The position numbers and the translations under genes were made by a program. The notes under the pieces were generated by a model. The model was not told the origin of the DNA. It saw nothing but the letters and a program-made list of their open reading frames with translations, and did not search any database. Positions 11,945-25,939 of a stretch of 64,000 nucleotides of DNA are shown one piece after another (position 1 is the first letter of the stretch; the number at the start of each line of letters is the position of its first letter). This DNA comes from Octopus vulgaris (taxonomy: Eukaryota), in the NCBI GenBank assembly GCA_951406725.2, contig OX597825.1:52576001-52640000 (forward strand). The letters are read 5' to 3'.

Positions 11945-14900
11945 TCACCATCCTACTGGAAATAGCTCAGAGGTAATGCTAGTTGGAGGCCATGATGGTT
12001 CTGTCTTTCGTCTCCCTTTCTCTGTCTCTCTCTCTCTGGCTGTCAATTATATATCTGCCGCTTTCTACAATGCTACATGAATTCTGTCAGTCTGCCATTT
12101 GATACCTTCCAGTAATATTGACAAAATAGTCAGATCAGTCAAAAGTCAGCTCAGAATAACACAAACTCACTTATATCCACAGGCTCAGAAATCACTAACT
12201 GAAATCAGCAAATTAGGTACACAGAACCCTATGAAGGTGCATCATCAGTTGATACTAATAACACAATAAATGATCACGTCTGCAATGAACTTTTAGATGG
12301 AATACTAGAACAATAGCTAATACAACTACATCAACCTTTCCACAAAAGAGCCCTACTTCCCCAAATTATTAATACAAATAAGAACAGAAAAGTAATCAAA
12401 GAAGTTGATCAAGCACCTGCAAAGCCGATATGACAAGTTGAGAATAGTAGAGAAAATAGCATCAGAGTGATTGATCAACACATTTACTCAGCTTCTTATG
12501 TTGCAACTCAGAAATGCAATATTAAAATTAAAGATAGACAAAAAAGTGCAATGTACACAAACAGCCTTCATAGATTGAAAGAAAGAAAAACAGCAAATAA
12601 TCCAACTAGGAGCAGATATATCTTTTCTACTTGAAGCAAGCAAAGGGAAACACTAATAAACCCAACAAACTAATAAGAATAATCGCTAAATATCCTCAAA
12701 CAAAAACTACAATTAAAGACCAAATGACTGGAAAGATGCAAAACAAGCTCAAGCATTCTATAGACAAAACATACTATTCAAGGAGAATACAAAAAAATTC
12801 TACAGGGAACTGGGGGAAAATATCATTATTGTGAAAACACCTCCTCCTCAAAAGCAAATTGAAGATTTTGGAGAAACATTTGGAGTAATCCAAAAGGGTT
12901 TAATCAGAATGCACATTAGGTTTGGGACATAGAAGAGGCCAATGTCCAACTCAAATATAAAAAATGGCAAGATATAACAACTGAAGAAGTGAAAGCAGTG
13001 CTTGCCAAGTCAAAGAAATGGAGATTCCCAGATATAGATAAGATTCCAAGTTTTTGGCTAAAATCTTTAATAAGCACCCACTACAACTTAGCCATAGCAC
13101 TCAATGAAGTCATGTCCAACTCTGCAAAAGATCCAAAGTGGCTAACAGAAGGGATTACATATCTCTTGCCAAAAACAGACCCACCAAAATACCGATCCAT
13201 AACATGCCTCACCACCATATATGAACTATTAACATCTATAATAGCGAATAGAGCATATTAATTCTTGGACAATAGGAAGTTATTCTCAGTGGAACAAAAG
13301 ATGCAAAAAGAGTGCATATGGATGTAAGGAGCAATTACTGATTGGCAAAAATGTCACTGAAAATTGCAAATCCAAACACAGAAACCTTAGTAAAGCATGG
13401 ATAGATTACAAGAAGGCTTTCAACAGTGTACTCCCGTACATGGATCATCAAGGCCCTGGAAATTTACAAGATACCTCTAACGATTGTGAACTTGCTAAAA
13501 ATAATCATAAATTCTTGTAGAACCAACCTCATTTTAAACCATACATAAGGATATACCACCTCACTAAACTTCAATATCACCTGTGGTATCTTTCAAGGTT
13601 ACTCATTATCACCATTACTATTCTGCCTCATCCTGTTCCCATTACCCACACATCTGAATAATGCTAAGAGAAAGTTTAAGATCTTTGACCAGAAAATTAG
13701 TCATCTATTCTATATGGATGATCTAAAACTGTTTGTCAAAAAGGACAAAGAATTAGAAGAGCTCCTAAATACTATCAAAGAATTCAGCTCCAATATAGGT
13801 ATGGAGTTTGGACTTGATAAATGTCCAAAGGCTACTTTCAAAGCAGGGAAGTTCATAAAAGCAGAAAACATAGAACTTGATACTACCAGTTATTCGAAAA
13901 CTAGGCCAATCCGAAGTATACAAATATCTGGAAACCAATGAAAGGGATAGTATCCGGCACTCTAAAATGAAAGAGAAAATCTGCAAGGAAAGGGTAAGAA
14001 TGGTCCTAAACTCAGAATTAAATTCTGCTAACAGAATTAATGCAATCAATTCTTTGGCCATACCAGCAACCACTTATAGCTTCAGTATCACTAAGTGGAG
14101 TTTCACTGACATGCAGAATATGGATGGATAAATTCATAAAATCCTTACAAGGTACCAAATGCACCATCCAAAATCAGATATAGATAAGATTTATCTCACA
14201 AGAAAAAGAGGAGGAAGAGGCCTGATACAGCTCAAACAAGCCTTCAAATCAGTAATAATAGGCCTTGAAACATACCATAATACAAGTGATGTGCTCTCAT
14301 AAACTACACTGAAGCATGAAGATTCCAAGCAAGCTTCAATCATGAAGCTTAGCAAGAAATTTAAAAATTCTCTTGGCCTACAAGTTAACAATAAGAATGA
14401 CCAAAGACACCCAAATACTGACAGACCTACTATTGCTTCTCCTGATTTAGAAACTAACAATTAGAAAGAGCAGTGAGGTCCAAATAGTGATAAACCTATT
14501 ACTGATGCCAAAAACATCAAACAAAAAGCAAAGAAGGCTTGCATGAGTAATATTGAAGACAACTGGTAAGGTAAACTCCTGCATGGAAAATACCCTAGCC
14601 ACTAGTCCAAGCCAGATATTGATCAACATCTAATGCACCAATGGCTACAAAGGACAAGTCTAAAAGAGGAAACCGAAACGTTTTGTTATTGCAGTGCAAG
14701 GTCAGAGCTTACCTACCAGAAACTGCCATGCAAACGTCCTAATAATGGATCTCCACTCCTCATGCAGAATTTGCAGAAAATTCACAGAGACAATTGATCA
14801 TGTTGTTTCTGGCTGCCCAGTCCTTGCTGAAAAGAGTACCTCATAAGACAGACTAGAGCTGTACATCCACTAGAATGCTTTTAAATACTACAAAATTAAA

Positions 14901-15432
14901 TCTCATGATAAGTGGCGCAGGCATCATCCAGTGGATGTAGTAAATGGCGAGGGCATCACCATCCTCTGGAACTTCCCAATACAAACAGACAGAAAAATTG
15001 GCTCCTATCCACTAATCATTGTGATCAAGGACTACAACAGAGGAACTTGTCCATTAATAGATATGTCTGTCCCACAAGATCAAAATATCTCAAGAAAAGA
15101 ATATGAAAGCTTTCTCACCAGAAAGATCTGCAAATTGAGCTTAGTACTACAATAATAACAGTAGTAACTGGTGTGGTGAGAATGATAAAGAAGGGATCTT
15201 AGAAGCATATTAAGCAACTCACTGGTAACTCCAATCTCTGTGAACTACAAAAGATAACCTTTATGGGTACAGCCCATATAGTTCTAAAAGCACTCTCCAT
15301 CTAAAATGGAATAAATGTGGTGATAATTTTAGTATGCTTGGCAAAACAAAAGTGCCTTTGCTATTCTTGGCCTCTGGAGGATGCCTGGTACTAAGGCAGC
15401 TGAAATAATGTTATAATGAAAGGAAACCATAA
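11945..15432 (+). mobile_element. Degenerate long R4/Dong-clade LINE
   Basis: Motifs: KWRFPDIDKIPSFWLK, IDYKKAF, GIFQGYSLSPLLF, FYMDDLKL (~13708), GLDKC, ILWNFPIQTDRK, IDMSVP and LMGTAH. It has many stops and frameshifts and follows (AAT)n at 11885-11945. Confidence 0.92.
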
Positions 15433-15469
15433 ATAAGATGATGATGACGATGATAATAATGATGATGAT

Positions 15470-15957
15470 CCTTTCTACTAAAGCAAGGCACAAGGCCTTA
15501 TGTCTGGTACTTATTTCATCAACCTAAAAGCGATGAAAGACAAAGTTGACCTCGACGGAATTTGAACTCAGAATAATATAATAATAATATCTCTCACTCT
15601 TTTTTTGCCTGGTGTGCTAATGGTTCTGCCAGCTCGCCAGATCATCATTGTCTTTGTTGTTGTTTAATGTCTGCTTTCCATGCTGGTATGGGTTTGATGG
15701 TTTGACTGAAGGCTGGCAAGCCAGAAGGCTGCATCAGGCTCCAATGGTTTCAAATTTTGCCACAAGGACAGCCATTTTGGGGGAGAAGATGAGTCGATTA
15801 CATCAAATCCAGTGTTCAACTGGTACTTAATTTGTTGACCCTGTAAGGATGGAAGGCAAATATGACTTTGGCATAATATGAACTTAGAATGTAGCTATGG
15901 AGGAAATACTGCTAAGCATTTAGCCCAGTATGCTAACAAGTCTGCAAGCTCACTGCC

Positions 15958-15960
<3 letters not shown>
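15470..15960 (-). mobile_element. Cluster of two SINE S1 copies with an RTE-type tail fragment between them (15650-15742)
   Basis: S1 signatures lie at 15505-15572 and 15745-15958; GCTTTCCATGCTGGTATGGGTT marks the RTE tail. Confidence 0.7.
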
Positions 15961-16008
<48 letters not shown>

Positions 16009-16009
16009 G

Positions 16010-16245
16010 AACAACCGGTAATTAAGAACTATTCAAGAGTCTTTCATAATAAATAACATAACGATGATAATAATCAATTTAAGTGCATGTGTTGAATTAC
16101 ATGATGATATTTGCTACTGCCCCTGCCACTTCCCTTCCATGAGCTTTCAGTGGTACAGTAATGTCTTTTATCCTTCACTTGCCCTAGGATGCTGGATGTG
16201 TCTTGGTGAGTGATTGTAACAAACATGCAGATTAATAGTAAATAA
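16010..16245 (+). mobile_element. Probable 3' UTR fragment of another Dong-like family between (AAT)n tracts
   Basis: Unique sequence bounded by (AAT)n on both sides; its end (CCTAGGATGCTGGATGTGTCTTGG...AAATAATAAT) is organised like the other Dong 3' ends. Confidence 0.45.
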
Positions 16246-16281
16246 TAATGATTATAATAATAATAATAATAATAATAATAA

Positions 16282-17465
<1,184 letters not shown>

Positions 17466-17474
17466 CAATAATAA

Positions 17475-18016
17475 CAGTGGCTCTCATGGCTTCTGACCTT
17501 AACTGATAGGAAGTGTTATCATGTACATTGTTTTGTCTTGGTATAAAAGATGGGCTACAGCAAATATTCTGCTCAGTATCACAGATTTGCTTGTCAGCTG
17601 TTTGACCTTAACCAGTTAAACATGTTCCTTGGTGGCTGACAATACATATATCTCTGTCCATGAGGAGAAGTAGTGGGGGAGCATCATAGCCATGTGTTGA
17701 GAGAAAAATAAATTTTAGTGGTTTGGATAATTACCTCTGGAAACATGGGTGTTTTGTTCAACATCCTTAAACAAACCTTATTCAGGGACCATTTGAGCAG
17801 GATAGGGTACTTGACCAGAAGAAAATTCTAACTGGGCCCCCACCTGCCAGGTCATGCACTGTTTATCTTGATATGAAATCACCATGTCATGTACATTTGG
17901 TTGTGATGTATGTGGCTGGTTTACCCTTATCAGATGGATAGTCATGATGTGTATACTGGGCTTCATATATTTTACTCCAGTGTATCTTTGATGGTATGTA
18001 TTGGTCGCTCACTCAA
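17475..18016. mobile_element. Family X element, nearly full length
   Basis: It is homologous to 44164-44720, lacks the first ~20 bp and directly follows a Dong 3' end. Confidence 0.88.
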
Positions 18017-18324
18017 TAATAATGAAGTGGATATTGAGGGCAATTGTTCTGTTTACAGGTGTAAAAAAAGTAAATAAAAATTAAGGGGGAGATATCTAAT
18101 AAAAGAAGCAAAGGGAAGTAAGTTAACTTCTTACTATAATGAGCATTATGTCTATCTGTCTGTCCCCTTTTCAGGGTTAAATGGCTTGACTAATGGTTAT
18201 GATGTTTTTTAGGATTACAAAGTATGTAATCAGGAAAGTTTTTAGTGGAAAAAATGTGAAAAGGTATATAATTTTCTTGTTTCCTTAAACGTTCTCTAGA
18301 ACAATATTATGTTCAAAAGTAAAT

Positions 18325-18432
18325 GACACCCTAGGCATAACACTAACACGATCTTCTAACTTGTTGTCTCTTGAGGTCTCTAGATGAGACTTGGAGCCAA
18401 CTTGTACAAATACAAAGCAAAAGTCAAACATT
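18325..18432 (+). mobile_element. Extreme 3'-end copy of the same Dong family as 4895-7912
   Basis: GTCTCTTGAGGTCTCT...GAGACTTGGAGCCAACTTGTACAAATA.AAAGCAAAAGTCAAACAT is nearly identical to 7845-7910 and is followed by (AAT)n. Confidence 0.85.
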
Positions 18433-18539
18433 ATAATAATAATAATAATAATAATAATAAAGACAATATATTAAATCAATAACATCATGCTATTGGATAT
18501 TGTACGACATCTTGAATAATGATAACGATAATAATAACA

Positions 18540-18682
18540 ACCCTTTCTACTATAGGCATAAAGGAACAATGTCTGAAATTTTTGAGGAAGTGCCTAATCA
18601 ATTACATTGCATCCAGTACTTGATTGGTATGTTATTTTACCAACCCTGAAAGAATGAAAAGCAAAGTCGACTTAGGTGGAAT
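18540..18682 (-). mobile_element. SINE S1 fragment
   Basis: It contains CCCTGAAAGAATGAAAAGCAAAGTCGACTTAGGTGGAA. Confidence 0.65.
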
Positions 18683-19567
18683 AATAATAATTATAATATT
18701 TCTTGATAATTTAGTAATGAGGCTAGCAATTCTGAGGGAAGCTGTGAGTTCGTTGTGTGAGATCTCAGTGATGGCTGCCTTTTCAGTTGCTTTGAGGGAT
18801 CACTTTGATTGGATGTAAGATACTGATTCTTCTCAACTAGCAGAGTTTGGAATTCTTCACCATTCTCATGAGTGAAATTAGCTAATCTAGTGTATCCTCA
18901 GGAAGCTTAGTAGACATTGTTTTTGAGAATGGCCCAAAGTTTCTCAGTACAGCATAGTCTCAATGTGTTCTAAACTCAAGTATGTGACAGAATTGGTTAA
19001 GATTCCCTAGTCTTAGACGCTTAAGCTCAAGCCAGACTTCTGACCCTAGGGTTTTCTCTTATTGAATATGCAGGGTTTTTGCAACATAACCACACAATCA
19101 ACTGTCTTTCATTCTGTGTGGCACATGGCCCTTGTCACTCACACAGCTTTCCTCCTAACAGCGATTTTGTATAGCAAACACTAGTTCTTGAAAAGTTTGA
19201 ACAGATGGAAGATAGTGTTGGTGGTGAACAGTCTATGAATAGGTCTAACAAACAGATTACAGCTTTTGATGCCATACCTGCCTATGTCTGTCTCTCCTAG
19301 TACTTGTGGTTGGTGTCAACCTTGATATTGAAGTCGCTAAGTAAAATAATTTTCTTTGAGTTAAGGATGGCAGATAGGATCCCTTCAAGCTTGGGGTATA
19401 ATCAGGCAATTTTCAACTCCTTCAGCTATGCCATCAAGATTTCATATAATGTGCAACTTAATAGTAAAGCTAATGCTATCAGTTCTATATTTAAGAGATG
19501 AGGAATTATGTACATTATTTATATTAATTACATTTGATGGACATTTGTCCTCATCTTGTTCATTGTT

Positions 19568-19608
19568 AACACAATGTTTCGGCTGATATACCCTTCAGCC
19601 TTCATCAG
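19568..19608 (-). ncRNA. Minimal type I hammerhead ribozyme motif (left arm)
   Basis: The minus strand reads CTGATGA-A-GGCTG-aagggtatat-CAGCC-GAAAC-ATT-GTGTT. The core and 5-bp stem II are intact, but the 5' strand of stem I is deleted in this arm. Confidence 0.75.
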
Positions 19609-20077
19609 AGAACCTGGGTTCTCATTCCTAAGGTAATTTTTGTTATTATTATTATTATTATTATTTATTATTATTATTATTCAGGTTATTGCCTGGAATT
19701 GAACTCGGAATCTTGGGGTTAGTAGCCAGCACTCTTAACCACTATACCATATGCCTGTGGGCAATTATGGAGTGAATTTTGGGGCTTATAAGTCTAATAT
19801 TTCCTATCCTTCCTTAATACCAGTTCCCATATACTATTCATATTTGCACTCGGTCCTGCTTAGGAGGTTGTTGTGTCCTAACATATGTGCTGCTTCTTTT
19901 AGTTTTCATACTTTCCAGTCGTGTTCTCTGCCTAAAAAGAAACAGCACATATGCTAGGACACAACAACCTTCTAAGCAGACTGAGTACAAATATGAATAG
20001 CATATGGGAACTGGTATTAAGGAAGGATAGGAAATATTAGACTTATAAGCCCCAAAATTCACTCCATAATTGCCCAT

Positions 20078-20150
20078 GGGCATATGGTGTAGTGGTTAAG
20101 AGTGCTAGCTATTAACCCCAACATTCCAAGTTCAATTCCAGGCAGTGACC
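20078..20150 (+). promoter_or_regulatory. tRNA-like Pol III internal promoter (A and B boxes) within the palindrome; mirror copy at ~19684-19757 on minus
   Basis: A-box-like TGGTGTAGTGG and B-box GTTCAATTCC occur at tRNA-like spacing. Confidence 0.7.
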
Positions 20151-20230
20151 TGTATAATAATAATAACAACAATAATAATAACATCGAAAAATACCTTAGG
20201 AATGAGAACCCAGGTTCGAAATTTCCCCAA

Positions 20231-20276
20231 GACACCTGATGAAGGCTGGAGGGTATATCAGCCAAAACGTATTAAC
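20231..20276 (+). ncRNA. Minimal type I hammerhead ribozyme motif (right arm, core mutated)
   Basis: It reads GACAC-CTGATGA-A-GGCTG-gagggtatat-CAGCC-AAAAC-GT. The GAAAC>AAAAC change is consistent with CpG decay. Confidence 0.65.
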
Positions 20277-21871
20277 AAGAAACAAGATGAGGATATATCC
20301 GTCAAATGTAAATAATGTGCTAATGTTATCCTCTTAATGCTCTTTATCAACCCCACAGATTGGTGTATCCTCCTCATGACTGTCAGCTGGTTTTAAATGA
20401 AACTGTCTGAATTCAAGGCACCACTTTTGGTTCCCATCCTCAGGTTGTGGAGGAGAAAAGCAGGATCTTAAACAAAAGATTATCTGGGAGCTGTCACACT
20501 CTTCTGCTGCTTTGGTTCCTTGAAGTGTGACCCTATGGCTTGAACTGCCTATGATGTGCAAGTTTGCAGTTGCAGCTTAGATGTATCCTCACCTGTTGAA
20601 CTTGCTGCACTCCCTCACCCCATCATCATGAGAACTTTTCATTGTCTTGACTTATACTGGATTTGGGTTATAAGAAATGATGCCTATGCTGAACAACCAG
20701 CTCCATCCTCTTGTCTCTGATAACTGGGGGTGTATGAGAAATGCAAGGGTATGAATAGGTTGGCGTATTTGTATCACCATAATTTATAGTATGCATCCCA
20801 AAACAATGATGCCGCCTATCACTTTTTGGCTAGTTGAAATATGGCTATTGATTGATGGATTTCCTGTTTAAAGGCCACCAAAAATCTAATCATTGCTTAG
20901 TTAAGGAACTTCTCCAAGTGTTTAAAACATGATGGCTACCTTCAATTTGGTTGGAGCAGCCTGCCAATGTCATAACTTGGGAGATAGTGCACTGCTGCAT
21001 TCAGACATTTTTTGATAATACAAGCGAGAACTGGGGCCATGTAAGACAATCCGGTCTGAAAGGTAATTAGCAGCCTTTGGCTAAGGCACTCTCCTTCCTT
21101 CACATGCCATACACTAACATAGCTAAATACACCATACACAAGGCTGCATATTGAGGTGGTTAAATTCAACTATAACCATCTATATAATATACTTGATGCA
21201 TACATAGCTCTGTTGCTACAGTATTTTTGCAGAGACATCTGTTATAGACTTACTGTATTAGAAAGATAATTAAAAATCAGAGGGAAATGAAAATTTATTC
21301 CAGGAGTGGACAGAGACAGCATCAGATATTTTCAGCTTTCTAGGGGTTTTTAGACAAAACTTCATAGAGGAAAAAGTGAATTAAACATTCATTGATGTTG
21401 TGAATAGCTACCCAGCTGTATAAAATTAAAATAGTCAATCAACTATAATTTAAATGTATGGATGAAATCGTGGACCATGACAAAAAATATTCTGAGTTCA
21501 GATACTGCTTAAGTTAAAACTGTATCACATTCTTTCCTGAGTCAATAAAATATGTACCAGTTATATTCTGGTTACAATAATTTGGTTGAATATCATATAC
21601 TTCCAAACAATTCTGGTCTGTGGAAATGTAAACGAACAAAAAAATAAAAATCAGTATCTCAGTAATATCTCATTAAAATAGTTAATAAGCTTTCGTTGTC
21701 ATTCATTATGAGTTTCAAGAGAAGGGATAACACCCATACTATATCATGGCATTTATAGGCCTTCCGAGACTAATGTAGCTCTCATTCTGTAATTGTTGAT
21801 GGTAGTGAGAGCAGAAACCCTTTGGGTATTCAGATATTAACTGAAACACCTGTGTCTATCTTCCCTGATTT

Positions 21872-21939
<68 letters not shown>

Positions 21940-22103
21940 TGCGTGTGCGTGTGTGTATATATATGTATGTATGTATGCATGTATGTATGTATCTAAGTAT
22001 GTATGTATGTGTACATATATATCTGCAGAGAAGTGTAAGTCAACAAGCAAACATATGCAAGCGTGCACACACACACACACACACACACAGACACTCACAC
22101 ACA

Positions 22104-22147
<44 letters not shown>

Positions 22148-22587
22148 TGCACGTGCATGCATATGCACACAGACATACATACAACATTATATGGACTGCA
22201 TTATAAAATTCATGATTTGCAATTTAAATGTTTCTTAGAGCAAGAATAATGACAACTTAATGACAATTGCTTAAAGATTTATGAGGTTTTTATGCACAGC
22301 ACTTTGGATAATTTGGTGAAAACTGCTTAGGATATGTATTAACGTCTAGATTAATAACATTTGGTTTCTATGCACACACATACGCCTGCATGCATATATA
22401 CACACACACATACACACCTATATGATAGCTTAATGTAACTGTGTGTATAATTATGTGGTTATAAAATTGTATATGTATACATCCTAGATTAATACCACTT
22501 GGTTTTTCTCATATATCTATGCATATGTGTATGTTAATATATATATGTGTGTGTGTGCATCTAGATATATATGTATGCACACATATT

Positions 22588-22619
<32 letters not shown>

Positions 22620-22921
22620 CACACATATATATATATATTTAGATATATACATATATATATATATTTATATATATATATATTTATATATACATATATATAT
22701 ACATATATATACATACATATTTATACATACATATATATATATTCATGCATATATATATATACATACATATATATATATATACATATACAAATATACACAT
22801 ACTTATATATATATGTATATATACATATACATATATACATATATGTATATATACATATACATATATACATATATACATATATGATATATATATATATATA
22901 TACATATATATACATATATAC

Positions 22922-22969
<48 letters not shown>

Positions 22970-22975
22970 ATATTC
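21872..22975. repeat. Compound (TG)n/(CA)n/(TA)n microsatellite field
   Basis: Directly visible. Confidence 0.95.
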
Positions 22976-25309
22976 ACCAACATCATTTGACATCTATGTG
23001 AATGTATGTTTGTATAATAGGTATTTCAAATTATTTCAACTTGAGTGTTTATACGGATGTAGATATCTATGTATAAAGTTGTAGGGTATATATTCTAGCA
23101 TAAGGCAGTTTTGTGTGTGAGTGTGTGTGTATGTGTTCCATTAGCAGAAGGTCACAGATATATAAGGAGGTGTATGCAGACAAACTGACAATAGAATCTG
23201 CAGATTTAACATCAGAGTTGTGGGTATACATAAGATGATGAATTGAACTGGTTCTATAAATTCACAAAATAAAATTGGTTTCTGTGTAGTGAGTGCCCTC
23301 TGTTAGTGAGGAAGTAAGAATTGGATTGAATAGGTTCAAATTGGATTTTATAGGGGTGGGGGAAGATGATGATGAAATGATACTTACAAGGAGAGAAAGA
23401 GGAGAGGGCACAGAAAAGATTTGAAAGAATTTAGATTTAGAATTATTAATGTATGTGTATGTGTCATTACATACACACACACATATTTATGAACATAATA
23501 CACATACATATAAACACACTTTATGAACATAATTCACATACATATAAACATTTATATACAGACATACTTAGCACAAATTCACACAAATACACATGTATAC
23601 CTGCATATAATAAACTCACATGTGCATACCTTAAACACACACATACACACACATTCATAAATATTACAGATAGTTACTGGACCAAGTAGACCATTTACTA
23701 AATTAAAAGACAGGTGAGGAAGAAGATGGAGTGTGAAAGGTGAAGATGTAGCAAGTGAAGGGCTTAAAGATAGGTAAAAAATGGATATGAAAGGAGTCAC
23801 CAGGTGCAAACTAAATTCATTGAATAGTCTACAAACAATGACTTGAAAGTGATAGATTTTTTTTCAAAAGAACACTTCATTTCCTCCAGGTGCCAACTGA
23901 ATGATAGATAGTGTGGGATTAAATCTTAAGGCCAGGATGGTATGAAAGATACAGTATGGCATCTAAAGAAAAACATATTTGAATGTTCAATGCAGATAAC
24001 AGATGGGAACAGAGAACATCTTGTTCAATATTTCAGGTAAAAGTTTGTCACTATAGAATAGGAGGGGGAATGAATTGGTAAAAATCAGGGGTATTTCTGA
24101 ATTGGAATGAAGATTACAGGGGATGTAACAGAAGTCTATGTGTGCACCAGTAAGGTAGTGATTACACTGGGAGAGGGTGGCACCAACAACCAATTTAGGT
24201 GTAGAGAACTACAAATCTAACCAAAGTAACAAAGCTGTGGGACAACATTTAAAATGGTTTTGTGTACATTCTCTGCTGTAGCAACACTAAATGTTATAAG
24301 CAGTATATATGATATGAGACTTCAATAAATTGAAATAATACATTAGAAATGAATGTTACAACTTAAAGGAGTGGACTTTACCAAGATGAACATGACTGCA
24401 GGATTGTGCATGCTTTTTTTTCTGCTTTTTGTTGTGTTGCATATGTTCATGTGGTGTGTGTGTGTGTGTGTGTGTGTGTTGAGGGAAGAAAGTGTACTTA
24501 CAGGTCAGTAGCTTGGATACTATTGGTGAAATTGTAGGTCATGAAGAGGTCAGGTAATTTGAGTTGGTGATAAATAAAACCCATCATGTGAGTTCATAGT
24601 AGATCTTGTGTGAGCTGGGCCCCATCACTGCTAGTTGGAATTATGATGGTTGAACTTTTGATTATTCAGTGTTATGATGATTCCTGGGAAATACTTATCT
24701 AATTCGATGGGTTCATTGCTGTTCTGTTGTTTTCAGTGGCCTGTTTACTTCCATAGTAGATATTTTTACTGTCTACCACTACCACCATAACTGCTACAGA
24801 CTTTGCTGTATGATGCTTGTGTTAGCAGGAAGTGTGTGCTTTCATACAAGTAAGTCTGTATTCTAGAGACACCTGTGTCTCAGCAGTAAACATGCATATA
24901 TAATTTTATGTTCCAGGCAGTTGTATTAAACATGAGCACTGAGCCAGTTTGTGAAGAGAATAGGTTGTTGTACAGATTTGTACAAGGAAACCTGTGATGA
25001 TTTTTGAAAATAAATGTATATCTGAGCTGTTGGTAAAAGGTTTGTCTAGTGAGCTCATAGTTGTTCTAGTGAGTGCTCAACTAGCTTGGGCTATGATTGT
25101 TGAGCTGGTCACTGTTTTGTATGGTGATATATGGATTGATAAAAAGTGTATATAAATTGATGATTTTGGTGTTGACATGCTGTCCTTGTATGATGGGTTT
25201 GTTTTCCATCACTTATGCCTTCATCTTTCTTAACTTGTCCCCTGTCTCTCACTCCTAGGTTTGCCATGACTACTACCTCTACAACTACCAGAAACACTGT
25301 GACAACTGG

Positions 25310-25605
25310 TACATCATCATCATCATCATTTAACGTCCGTTTTCCATGCTAACATGGGTTGGACGGTTTGACCGGGGTCTGGGAAGCCAGGAGGTTGTAC
25401 CAGGATCCAGTCTGATCTGACAGTGTTTCTACAGCTGGATGCCCTTCCTAATACCAACCACTCTGTGAGTGTAGTGGGTGCTTTTTACGTGCCACTGGCA
25501 CAGGGGCCAGAGGAGGTTGGCAACGGCAACGATTGGTTGGTGCTTTTTACGTACCACTGCAACGGACACCAGTCAAGGCGATGCTGGCATCGGCCACATT
25601 CAGAT
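25310..25605 (-). mobile_element. RTE-type 3' tail, well-preserved copy
   Basis: The minus strand reads GTGGCACGTAAAAAGCACCCACTACACTC...AGGAAGGGCATCCAGCTGTAGAAAC...GGACGTTAAATGATGATG. Confidence 0.8.
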
Positions 25606-25704
25606 TCACTGCAATCTGGTACTAAATCTCTTTACTAAATACCCAACTGCCAAAATATCAGCTGGTAACCTTTTCCACAATCACATTTCATATCAGCAAT
25701 GCTT

Positions 25705-25935
25705 ACTCAACCATTTAACTTTCAGATTACTCTGTCAAAAGTAATACTTATTTATTCACATTGTTTTGAATTGATCATGCTTTAACTTGTAGCTTTGAAA
25801 TTTTGATAATGCAATTGTATATTTTCATAATGACATTGAAAGGTAGGTGTGATAGGCTGTATTTCGCTGGTTTCAACATAAAACAGGTGGAATATTTTGG
25901 CCAGATATGGTCGGTTTATAAGTTGAAAGATTAAT
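25705..25935. mobile_element. Probable MITE with TTAA-type ends (piggyBac-like), degraded
   Basis: The ends CAACCATTTAACTTTCA and TAAGTTGAAAGATTAA form an imperfect inverted repeat. It resembles a repeat I recall from octopus (not verified). Confidence 0.45.
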
Positions 25936-25939
25936 ATAG

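Larger units (their letters stand above)
19481..20318. mobile_element. Palindromic (fold-back) non-autonomous element; each arm carries a tRNA-like head and a minimal hammerhead ribozyme; 12-bp TSD
   Basis: Arms 19481-19902 and 19932-20318 are inverted copies around a ~29-nt loop. The flanks are GCTAATGCTATC (19469-19480) and GCTAATGTTATC (20319-20330). Confidence 0.9.
18700..21170 (-). mobile_element. Degenerate RTE(BovB-like) LINE 5' region (APE endonuclease), interrupted by the palindromic element
   Basis: Minus-strand translation gives SISFTIK, GVENCLI, KIILLSDFNIKV, IGRYGI..CN and TTNTIF, matching the APE motifs GFAIK, LGDFNARV and ITNTFF. The outer boundaries are uncertain. Confidence 0.65.

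Noticed and set aside
20078-20150. Possible genuine tRNA gene
   Set aside because: The acceptor and anticodon stems do not pair well and it is embedded in a repeated mobile unit. I treat it as a tRNA-derived head, as for the S1/S2 heads.
21795-21860. Hammerhead-like TTGATGG...GAAACACCTGTGTC
   Set aside because: It has two core mismatches and no convincing stem I, and there is no second copy to support it.
23920-25260. Possible LINE endonuclease relic on minus (KIINLY-like)
   Set aside because: It is too degraded; only one weak motif is readable.
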